Shown here one piece after another: positions 9,281 through 18,239 of a DNA stretch of 64,000 bases. Position 1 is the stretch's first letter. Every line of letters starts with the position of its first letter. A model generated the notes under the pieces. The model did not search any database. It saw only the letters and a program-made list of their open reading frames with translations, and was not told where the DNA came from. The translations under genes and the position numbers were made by a program. Source of the stretch: an uncultured Bacteroidales bacterium (GTDB lineage Bacteria > Bacteroidota > Bacteroidia > Bacteroidales > UBA1402); NCBI GenBank assembly GCA_964502355.1, contig CAZCWK010000005.1, positions 19,332 through 83,331 on the forward strand. The letters are read 5' to 3'.

Positions 9281-10105
9281 TTATTCTTTTAGTTTTACTA
9301 GCCCACTTGCATATACTGTAAACCAGACATGACTACTATCATCAACTACAATATGCTCAACAGAAGTATTGGTAAGAGGTGAGTTTTCTGTGTTAAAAAT
9401 TTTCCATGATCCGTCAGCGTCTAATTTAGCTACCCCTCCGGAGTACATGGCAATCCATTTATTGTTTTTGCCATCTATAGCGATATCTACGACAGAATTA
9501 CTTGGAAGTTCAGAGTTGTAAATAGTATAATTTTCAATATCGTTATTATTATTATTCTGTGTTGTATCCATCCTGAGAAGATTCTGGTAGCTCATTTTTT
9601 TACTTTTAATGTTGATTCCACTGTATTTATATAGACCGTCTCCCGACTCAGGTGCGACATTACTCCTTGACAAAACCCCAAACCATAAATTGTTTTCATT
9701 GTCAAAGTGCATACAAGGCACCCATTTTGCCTTTCCTGAACAAATTATAACAGTGTCCCATACGCTATAATTATACCTCATTATGACTCCAGGTTCATCA
9801 AAATCTGGCAATGTGCTGGCATATAAATTACCGTTTAAGTCAAAACATAAAGTATAAAAGGTTGAACCTTTAAAGTAGGTAGTCCAGGTACCCCTGACGT
9901 ATTTTTGTATGCCATCATCTGATGCTTTCCACGCATTTGATGCAACCCATATATCCCCATATCTATCAGTTTGACCTCTTGAAGAATGTAATTTATTTTT
10001 AAGGTTAGATACAGACCACTTGCAGCCAATATTTTCATATTTATCATAAATAAATAGAATTTTATCATTTATAAATATGTTCTTTTCAGTTATATTATTT
10101 TTCAA
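9281..10105 (-). CDS. beta-propeller (Reg_prop-like repeat) protein, probably the downstream part of a frameshifted gene
   Basis: Repeats of the two-component-regulator propeller type (NNKWIAMYSGGVAKLDADGSWKIFNTENSPL, VWFTVYASGLVKL). There is no ATG start (TTG) and no signal peptide. The frame stays open upstream into the 10102-10476 ORF region. Confidence 0.6.
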   Translation of the reverse strand: MKNNITEKNIFINDKILFIYDKYENIGCKWSVSNLKNKLHSSRGQTDRYGDIWVASNAWKASDDGIQKYVRGTWTTYFKGSTFYTLCFDLNGNLYASTLPDFDEPGVIMRYNYSVWDTVIICSGKAKWVPCMHFDNENNLWFGVLSRSNVAPESGDGLYKYSGINIKSKKMSYQNLLRMDTTQNNNNNDIENYTIYNSELPSNSVVDIAIDGKNNKWIAMYSGGVAKLDADGSWKIFNTENSPLTNTSVEHIVVDDSSHVWFTVYASGLVKLKE

Positions 10106-10419
10106 TGATATTGAAACATAATTAGAAAAAAAGCAGACGAGTCAATGGGTATAATTTTCTTATCATGTAATTGATATACCCAGGTACTATCTGTCGAGAA
10201 ATTATTTCTACGGATAAATGCCGAAAAAAAAATATCGTTATTCGAATCAGCAGTAAGTGAATTTATAGTATAATGAGTTTCAAAGTTGTCTTTATCATAA
10301 TAGTTTGTCCACTCAGAATATATTTTAATTTGAGGTGGATCGATTGTCGGATTTTCTTTACAGCAGGTGAATAGTGTGGTAAAGCATATAGTAATTATAG
10401 CTACAATTATAGGTTTCAT
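10102..10419 (-). CDS. lipoprotein N-terminal fragment (upstream part of the same frameshifted propeller gene)
   Basis: Likely start at 10419 (MKPIIVAIITICFTTLFTCCKENP, a lipobox). It terminates 8 codons after the T7 tract (coding strand) at 10126-10132. Confidence 0.55.
   Translation of the reverse strand: MKPIIVAIITICFTTLFTCCKENPTIDPPQIKIYSEWTNYYDKDNFETHYTINSLTADSNNDIFFSAFIRRNNFSTDSTWVYQLHDKKIIPIDSSAFFLIMFQYH
10126..10132 (-). repeat. 7-nt homopolymer (T7 on coding strand) separating the 10102-10419 and 9281-10105 reading frames
   Basis: With 8 T the reading is ...IPIDSSAFFSNYVSISLKNNITEKNIFINDK..., fusing both ORFs into one lipoprotein of about 380 aa. Confidence 0.7.
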
Positions 10420-10476
10420 TTTTTTAAGGTATAAAAACGGGCAAGGGATATTTTGATATTCAAATCTATTCATCAA

Positions 10477-12633
10477 TCATTGATTTAAAAAAAATATTTT
10501 TGAATAAAATTGATCTGAGTCACAAGATATTTTTAAGATATAGACCTGATTACAATGTATTCCATTCGGGCGTTTATAATGAACAATTGAGCTGCTCTGA
10601 TTTATTTTTTGACTAGGCAAAGAGCTTATTATTTTGCCGTTTAAATCATAAATCCTGGCATTGACATTTTTTTCGACAGTTGTTTTGATTTTTATATTTA
10701 TAATATCCTTTACCGGATTGGGAAATATCGTTAAAGTCTTCAAACAGTTGTCTATGTTCTCAGTAGATAATTGAAATGAATCAGGGTTAAAAACTGATAT
10801 ACCAGCATCAATATGGCCCATCCATAGATAGCCCGATTTGTCCTGTTTTATCCATTGAACGATATTGTTTGCAATTCCGGAATTGGTAACATTATAGGAT
10901 AACCACTTATCTTTTCTGTCAAAACTCATTAAACCTCCTCCGTATGTGCCAAGCCAAACCAATCCTTTTGTATCAACTAATACATCAAAAATAGTGTTCG
11001 TTAATAAACCGGAGTTGTCAGTTTTGAATGTTTTCATAGTTTGACCGTCAAAACATGTAAGACCGCCACCATAATCTCCTCCGATTATCCTATATTCGTC
11101 CATACACGAAAGCCATAGTTTATTTTCAGAGTCAAAATCCAAACCAACAACAACATTAGTTGGTATATTAGAGTTTGTCCGGTTCCAAACAGACCAGGTT
11201 TTACCATCAAATTTAAATAAGCCATATGATGAACCTCCCCAGATGTTATCGTATTTATCAATTTTTAATATACCTAGTTGATTGGATGGTATTGCACTAT
11301 TGGACGTATTGTAATTTGTAAAACTTGTCCCATCATATTTGTAAAGTCCGTTTTTTGAGGAGGAAATCCAAAGATTATCTTTATTATCAACTGCCATTCT
11401 GCATAAACCGGTTTTATTAAGATTTAAAGGCGAATTCAAGGAATCAAAAATTATTTTTTCCGATTTATCTATTTTTAGCAATGCTGTATCTCCATGACTA
11501 AAAGCCAGCCATATTGCACCATTATTAGACTGAGTTAATGTGGAGACAGGTTTGTCAATAACCGTATAAAACTGATCTTTTGTTTTTTTTACAAGGTTTT
11601 TTGTGGTTGCGATCCATTTGTGATTTTCGTTATCGATCAGAATATCACTAATATAATTGCCTTTTAATGGCGAATTAGATAAATCAATGGAAGAAAAATT
11701 ACTGCCATCAAAACATAAAAGGCTACCATTATATGTACCGCACCAGATATTTTCATTGTTGTCGGCTTTTAGGCGTAGCAAAGCTGTGTCAGGTGTGGCC
11801 GGTTTATAAAGTTGACAACCAAAAATATTAAATTTCACCAATCCTTTATCAGTTGCCAACCACATATTGTCATTAGAGTCAAAAGATATTGAGAAAATAT
11901 TATCTGTGGGTAAAGTGGAATTTGAGGTATTGTAACTAGTAAATATTGAACCATCATATTTGTATAAACCTATTCCTTCAATACCTATCCAAATATTCTT
12001 ATTATTATCCATTCCTATACATTGGTTGGTGCCTCCGTTGATACCTGAAATTATGGAATATTTATCATTTTCTATTTTTCCAAAACCATCCGTTGAACAA
12101 ATCCATACCACCCCATTTGCATCAATTAAAAAGTCTGAAATTATAGGAAATGGAGAAAGATCGCTACCTGTTATCCATGTTTTCCAATTGCTTCCATCAA
12201 ATTTTGCCATCCAACGAAAAGAAGCTATCCAAACATTTCCTTTCTTATCTACTTTAATTTTAGAATTGTATTGATCGAATGGCAAACCAGAATTTGCCTG
12301 ATTGTAAATAGTACATTGTTCTCCATTAAACTTTCCTATTCCATAATATTTACCACCCATCCAAACATTTCCACTGGCATCACAATATAAGCTTAACAAG
12401 TTATTATCAGGCAAGTTCGCATTGGCATGGTTAAAATATGTTTTTTCCCCGTTTTTTTTATTGTATTTTACCAAACCTCCTTGAGTACTAATCCAAATGT
12501 TATTATTATTATCAATGTCAATATCAGTTACCCTTTGACTAAAAGTGTAGTCTTCCCATGATATATAAGATTGCGATAGCATATTAGTCAAACTTAAAAA
12601 TGTTGTAATTATAATAATGAACAATTTTTTCAT
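10477..12633 (-). CDS. secreted multi-repeat beta-propeller protein (Reg_prop-type repeats) with T9SS C-terminal sorting domain
   Basis: Signal peptide MKKLFIIIITTFLSLTNMLSQ. There are many repeats of the type NIWISTQGGLVKYN.../NVWIASFRWMAKFDGSNW.../LWLSCMD.... The C-terminus is LTIFPNPVKDIINIKIKT...ARIYDLNGKIISSL...YILKISCDSDQFYSKIFF. Confidence 0.8.
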   Translation of the reverse strand: MKKLFIIIITTFLSLTNMLSQSYISWEDYTFSQRVTDIDIDNNNNIWISTQGGLVKYNKKNGEKTYFNHANANLPDNNLLSLYCDASGNVWMGGKYYGIGKFNGEQCTIYNQANSGLPFDQYNSKIKVDKKGNVWIASFRWMAKFDGSNWKTWITGSDLSPFPIISDFLIDANGVVWICSTDGFGKIENDKYSIISGINGGTNQCIGMDNNKNIWIGIEGIGLYKYDGSIFTSYNTSNSTLPTDNIFSISFDSNDNMWLATDKGLVKFNIFGCQLYKPATPDTALLRLKADNNENIWCGTYNGSLLCFDGSNFSSIDLSNSPLKGNYISDILIDNENHKWIATTKNLVKKTKDQFYTVIDKPVSTLTQSNNGAIWLAFSHGDTALLKIDKSEKIIFDSLNSPLNLNKTGLCRMAVDNKDNLWISSSKNGLYKYDGTSFTNYNTSNSAIPSNQLGILKIDKYDNIWGGSSYGLFKFDGKTWSVWNRTNSNIPTNVVVGLDFDSENKLWLSCMDEYRIIGGDYGGGLTCFDGQTMKTFKTDNSGLLTNTIFDVLVDTKGLVWLGTYGGGLMSFDRKDKWLSYNVTNSGIANNIVQWIKQDKSGYLWMGHIDAGISVFNPDSFQLSTENIDNCLKTLTIFPNPVKDIINIKIKTTVEKNVNARIYDLNGKIISSLPSQKINQSSSIVHYKRPNGIHCNQVYILKISCDSDQFYSKIFFLNQ

Positions 12634-12760
12634 AGCGGCAGATGTATAATAAAAGCCTTTTTGATTCCTAAACTTTAGAATTTTTTTTATTTGAGGTTGA
12701 TTCCTTAAAGGTATAAGTAAAAAGAGGACATTTCAAAATTGATTTGCCCTCTTTTACTAT

Positions 12761-15243
12761 TTATCGAACAACTATAAGATGTACATTTACATTGCTGTTT
12801 ACCAATAATTTTACGAGGCAAGTTCCTTTAAAATTTTCAGGTATATTTAGGTTAAAGATTTGGTGACCAGATGTTATCGCTTGTTTATTTAATACATCAG
12901 ATAAAACCCTACCATTTAAATCGATAATTTGTATTGATACTTTTGAATCTGTTTGCAGATTGAATGATATCTGGCTTGTTGTATTTGCAGGGTTAGGATA
13001 TACATTAAAATCATATGAATTGCTGTATATAATGCCTTTATTATCAGTTGAGTTATCTACAGTATATGGTTTTAATAATTCTTTAATGTATTTCATTGCA
13101 TAGGTTTGAGGCGATCTTACAATCACAGCTCCTGTTTCAGTTGTGGTTTTTAGACTACATTGTTTCTTTATTTTTTCAAGTATATCTTGATTTTCAATTA
13201 AAGTCAAATCTTCAAGCATATTGATAGCAAAGAAATCACCCTGTTGAAACTTTTCGAAAATCATCGGCCATATTGTTTTGCCTTGATCTTTACAATAAAC
13301 AATAAGTTCTTGGTATTCGTTACTCTTTGCATACATTCTAGGGTCGCTTTGTATAGCTATCTCTGGGTTTTTCCATGTTTGTTTCCATGCCGAGTATTTA
13401 TTCTCGAATTCCGATTGCTGATTGCTTGTTAACGAATTTATTCTTTTAGAAATGATGCTTTTTTCGGCTTCCGTAAGCTCAATATTTTCAATAACTGAAT
13501 GCCCCCTTGCTATAGATTCATCAAGTAACATGGCTGACCTTAAGGGTGAAGTTAGCCTGTAATATTGGCTTACATAGCCATAACCTCTTATCTGTGTATT
13601 GTTTAAAGAATTTCTTGGATGAAATGATCGCATCATATTACCAGGTTTACTTTCCCAATCATAACCATGAGGTTGGTTATTCCCTGGTTTAGTGACAGAA
13701 CCGTGAGTATAACTACCGTTACCTATATCATAGTAGTTAGGATTATACCATAAATCAACAGCACTATTTGAAGATGTAGCCCCTGTACGGGAATATGTCA
13801 TTGCTTCACCATCAAATCCATATCTAGGATTAGCTGCATAAAAATTGTCAAATGAAGCTAATGGATTTCCAACCACATAATACATTGAAAATGTATTAAG
13901 AGGCCATTCCCAGTAATCTGTAATACCTCCAGACCAACTGATACAATTATATGTATTGGATGACGGTGCAGATTGTATCGCATCATCGGCATTTAGATTA
14001 GGGAATACTGACATGATATCACTATTCTGGCACATTATATACAAGTCACAGGTATCAATAGGGTGTGCTGAGCTATTGGCCGAAACCAAGACACTACCTA
14101 TAGTTGTAGAAAAATCTTTTTTAACCCTTGAGTCTGAACCCCAGGAGAAGTCACCCCCACCATTAGAATAATCGTCATTAAATGCACGGATTATCCCTGG
14201 TATACCGCTATTATCTTCAATCCATATACGACTATCACCGGTTGATTTACAAGTAAAATAGTTGTAAGTTGTCGGAGTATCATGAACATGTCTAAAACCA
14301 GAGCCTGAAACTGCGCAATCTGTGAAATAGTATTGCCCGTTAATATTTAGATTAACCAATCCCTCTGTTTCCTGATGATACGCTCTTACTCTAGCGTAAT
14401 AAAAACCATTTGCTGGGATACTAACATTTATGGAAGCTAAACCGTTAGAGTTAGATAAAGCTGACCATGAATATGTTTCAGAATCGGACGATTTGAAAAA
14501 TTCCAAAACATGTTCATATCCATCGGAGGCATTTGTGGTAATAAAGACTTGGGAACCTGACCTGAAGTAATACAATCTCCACGTAGTATATTTGAAAGTG
14601 ATACCAATATGATGATAATAGTTTCCTTCTGGATTAGATAAAACAACTCCACTTCTAAGTGCCGAAGTCAAAGTGTCCTTTTTTACTATTGGATTATTAA
14701 TCCTGTCCTGAATATCTGTTTTTATTTGATTAATAAAAAGGTTATAGCTATTCTCGGATATTTCGGCTTTAAGCTTATCTTTGGAAAGTCTTACAAACTC
14801 AATTTCCGGAGTTTCGGGAATATCACATGAAAAAATAATCTGATTTAAACCTTTTTTAAGAAGTACAAATTTTTTCTCTTTAGATTTACTATCTATAAAA
14901 GGTGCATTGTGCCAGTCCCTTTTTATAGGTTTAAACTTTTCTGTTTGTTCTTCATTATTTACTACTAAATCATATTCAAGGAGTTTTCCACTACCGAAGT
15001 TTTCAAGCTCGCTTCCCATCATCCAGGCATTTAGATAATAGTCTCCATTGTCAGGAGCTTCAATCTCAAAAATTTTATACGCTTTAGATCCTTCAACTTT
15101 TATTATAGATTTTAAAACGACAACATCACCACCAAGCTCTTTTTGGTTATTAAAAAATCTTTTTTCGATTATTTCCTGTGAAATAGCATTAAATGTGACA
15201 AATAATGCTAAAATTACTGTTGTTATATACTTTTTTTAAGCAT
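12761..15243 (-). CDS. large T9SS-sorted secreted protein of unknown function, 5' end out of frame as sequenced
   Basis: C-terminal T9SS CTD (FNVYPNPANTTSQISFNLQTDSKVSIQIIDLNGRVLS...). The ORF is open upstream of its first ATG (15022) to 15235 and there encodes KKYITTVILALFVTFNAISQE, a signal peptide. An ATG at 15241-15243 is one base out of frame across the A7 tract. Confidence 0.75.
15231..15237 (-). repeat. 7-nt homopolymer (A7 on coding strand) at codons 3-5 of the 12761-15243 gene
   Basis: As sequenced, ATG CTT AAA AAA AGT ATA TAA stops after 6 codons. With A8 the reading is MLKKKYITTVILALFVTFNAISQEIIEKRFF..., contiguous with the 753-aa ORF. Confidence 0.8.
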
Positions 15244-15651
15244 TTTCGTTTCTTTAAAAGTTAAACTTTGTGTTTGACTGCCTCATCCCAATGTTGATTT
15301 TGCGATTATTCTGAGGGATGGGGCTTTTTTGTTACTATCAGATTTTATTAAGAGAGATAACCTTTTGTAACGTGTAACTCCCCTGAAAAAGAGTATCACA
15401 GTATTCTTTTTCGGATCTACCATTTTTGATAGATGTTAATTACTAATTATTCTATCATAGGCAAAAAGGATAAAAATTTACATTCTATATGGCTATTGAC
15501 AAATTTAATATTTTATTTAATTTATAATTTGTGTTTTATTTGTTAATTATTAGCCGTATTGCTTGTTTTAATATTATTTAACACATTATTGATTGATTAA
15601 TTATATTTATCAGTGTTGGTTACTTTAACATAGGATATATCTAGAGATATG

Positions 15652-15855
15652 TTGATTGTAAATCTGTTTTTATTCACTTTCATTAATGTTGAAGGTGCAA
15701 CTCTGGACACTCTTTCGATAAGTCCTGAGCATAATATTTTTTTAAAGAGTTGATACTGCGATATTCAGACAAATTTGCCCGGTTATCGACAAAGTGATAC
15801 TATCCTTGCGGGTCAGGCAGTAGGACTGGGTGGAAGAACCGGAAGGGCGACTCAT
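15652..15855 (+). pseudogene. decayed fragment of an M23 peptidase gene (paralogous to 17431-18228)
   Basis: 15652-15800 aligns with 17462-17611, with 4 mismatches in the first 85 nt by manual count. 15808-15855 aligns more loosely with 17828-17880, implying an internal deletion of roughly 215 nt. The reading frame from the ATG at 15649 stops after 34 codons. Confidence 0.75.
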
Positions 15856-15978
15856 TTTTTGGTTTCCTAAAAATGCGTATTTACGCAAAATAATTAACTG
15901 TATTATTGCATATCTAAAAGATAATGCTTATTCTTGCTGCACAAAAAAGCGTAAAAAACGCAAAAATAGCAATCAGGA

Positions 15979-17232
15979 ATGGAAATAAATCGTGACATAC
16001 ATCTTAAAAAGATTATCGCAAGCAAGCATAACGGAATGATAAAAATCATAACGGGAGTCAGGCGTTGCGGTAAGTCATATCTTTTGTTCAACTTGTTTTA
16101 TAATCATCTAAAAGAGTGTGGAGTGGCAAGTGATCACATTGTAAAAGTGGATTTGGAAGACCGCAGAAACAAAGATTTGCGTGACCCCGATGCATTGCTG
16201 AACTATATCGACAGAAAAATGACAGACAAAGAGATGTACTATATCCTTCTGGATGAGGTTCAGCACGTAAATGAATTTGAGGATGTTCTAAACAGTTATT
16301 TGAAGATTGAGAATGCGGATATATACGTAACAGGAAGTAATTCTAAATTCTTGTCGAAAGATGTAATTACTGAATTTCGCGGGCGAGGTTATGAAATAAA
16401 GATAGCTCCGCTTTGTTTCCGTGAGTTTATATCCGTATTTAACGGAACCCGTGAGCAGGCATTGGAAGAATACCTTACTTTCGGTGGTCTTCCAAAAATT
16501 GTTACGTTTGCGGACGACAGGCAAAAGATTGAATATCTGAAAGGCTTGTTTGCAAAGACGTATATCACAGATATTAAAGAACGGTATAAAATCAAGAATG
16601 ATGCGGAATTGGAAGAACTCATTGATATTGTGGCATCTTCCATCGGTGGGCTTACAAATCCGACCAAATTGGAGAATACGTTTAAAAGTGTAAAGAACAT
16701 CTCCATCTCGAAACATACCATAAAATCATATCTTAACATTCTTGAAGACGTGTTTCTGGTGGAGAAGTCCATTCGCTACGACATCAAGGGAAAAAGGTAT
16801 ATAGATACCCCTGCCAAATATTATTTTTCGGATGCAGGACTACGTAATGCACGCATCAATTTTCGCCAGTATGAGGTGACACATTTGATGGAGAATATGA
16901 TATACAACGAACTGCGTTTGCGTGATATGTCGGTTGACGTTGGTGTCGTTGTCCTAAACACGAAAGATGAAAAAGGTTTGAGCCAGCGAAAGCAACTTGA
17001 GGTTGATTTTGTTTGTAATCAGGGAAGCAAACGGTGCTATATACAGTCTGCCCTCAGGCTTCCGAATGAAGAAAAACGTGAACAGGAGTTGCGCTCATTG
17101 AAAAACATAGACGACAATTTTTTGAAATTCGTGATTACAGAAGATCCCATAAAGAAGTATCAGGACAATAATGGTGTTGTATTCATGAATATATATGATT
17201 TTTTGCTTGATGAAAATAGCCTGGTGATATAA
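15979..17232 (+). CDS. AAA+ ATPase of the AAA_14/DUF4143 (COG1373-like) type
   Basis: Walker A GVRRCGKSYLL and Walker B ILLDEVQ. The C-terminal segment ...QLEVDFVCNQGSKRCYIQSA resembles a PD-(D/E)xK-like motif. The architecture call is from memory. Confidence 0.75.
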   Translation: MEINRDIHLKKIIASKHNGMIKIITGVRRCGKSYLLFNLFYNHLKECGVASDHIVKVDLEDRRNKDLRDPDALLNYIDRKMTDKEMYYILLDEVQHVNEFEDVLNSYLKIENADIYVTGSNSKFLSKDVITEFRGRGYEIKIAPLCFREFISVFNGTREQALEEYLTFGGLPKIVTFADDRQKIEYLKGLFAKTYITDIKERYKIKNDAELEELIDIVASSIGGLTNPTKLENTFKSVKNISISKHTIKSYLNILEDVFLVEKSIRYDIKGKRYIDTPAKYYFSDAGLRNARINFRQYEVTHLMENMIYNELRLRDMSVDVGVVVLNTKDEKGLSQRKQLEVDFVCNQGSKRCYIQSALRLPNEEKREQELRSLKNIDDNFLKFVITEDPIKKYQDNNGVVFMNIYDFLLDENSLVI

Positions 17233-17430
17233 AATCAAAACAAGTCAATTTTTTATTTTGCAGACTTTACGGGTTTTCTTTATATTTGTCTTTAGCAAAA
17301 AAACGGCATTTTTTCGATAACGATTTCTTTTGCAGATTTTCTTTGCTTTAGTCGCGTCAAGTCGGATAACTGTCAATAATTGACTGATTATTATCGCCGG
17401 AAAAATATAGAGGAAAATAAAGTCTTTATC

Positions 17431-18228
17431 ATGACAAGAAAACACTTGTTCAGGAATATTCTGATTGTAAATCTGTTTTTATTCACTTTCATTACAGTTG
17501 AAGGTGCAACTCTGGACACTCTTTCGATAAGTCCGGAGCATAATAGTATCTTTTTAAGAGTTGACACTTCGATATGCAGACAAATTTGCCCGGTTATCGG
17601 CAAGGTGATAAGTCCGTTTGGTTACAGAGGGCGGCACAGACATACAGGTGCGGATATTAAACTACACAGAGGAGATACTGTGGTTTCGACATTAAATGGT
17701 ACTGTTACGATGTCATGCCGATATTATGGCTATGGAAATCTCATTATTATAAAACATGATGAAGGTGTTGAAACATATTATTCTCACCTGAGCAAATGTC
17801 TGGTCGAAAAAGGTGATAAAGTCTTTGCTGGTCAGGCAATAGGATTAGGCGGAAGAACAGGTAGAGCTTCAACAGACCATCTGCATTTTGAAGTCAGGAA
17901 GAATAAGAAACCCCTTAATCCTGAAAGCTTTTTTAATTTTTCATGCAATACTATAAAGAAACCATTGCTTGGTAAGGCAACTGAATTATTTTTCAGCTCA
18001 AATATCAAGAGTGAAACAAAAGAACAAAAATTAAAAGACGAACTAACTGATAATATTATAAATGCTGAAGGTGATTCAGGTAGTTCTGATAATATTATTA
18101 CTGTTCAAAAAGGAGACACTCTTTATGCATTGGCAAAACGACACGGAACTACAATAAAACAGCTACAGGAAATAAACGGATTAAAAGGTTCTGCATTAAA
18201 AATCGGACTTAAACTTAAAATCAAATAA
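17431..18228 (+). CDS. M23 family metallopeptidase with C-terminal LysM domain
   Basis: HRHTGADIKL...YYSHLS...GRASTDHLHFEV (M23 H/D/H motifs). LysM is ITVQKGDTLYALAKRHGTTIKQLQEINGLKGSALKIGLKLKI. The start was chosen at MTRKHLFRNILIV (signal peptide), not the upstream ORF-track start. Confidence 0.85.
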   Translation: MTRKHLFRNILIVNLFLFTFITVEGATLDTLSISPEHNSIFLRVDTSICRQICPVIGKVISPFGYRGRHRHTGADIKLHRGDTVVSTLNGTVTMSCRYYGYGNLIIIKHDEGVETYYSHLSKCLVEKGDKVFAGQAIGLGGRTGRASTDHLHFEVRKNKKPLNPESFFNFSCNTIKKPLLGKATELFFSSNIKSETKEQKLKDELTDNIINAEGDSGSSDNIITVQKGDTLYALAKRHGTTIKQLQEINGLKGSALKIGLKLKIK

Positions 18229-18239
18229 TATATTTGGTT

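Noticed and set aside
15048-15239. 63-aa plus-strand ORF
   Set aside because: It lies antisense to the open, signal-peptide-encoding 5' extension of the 12761-15243 gene. It has low-complexity composition and no start context, so it is a shadow ORF.
6980-15243. Homopolymer frameshifts considered as simple sequencing or assembly errors
   Set aside because: This is not fully rejected. It was down-weighted because in-frame 8- and 9-nt A/T tracts occur in the same and adjacent genes, and no housekeeping gene in the window is broken. Only read-level data can settle it.
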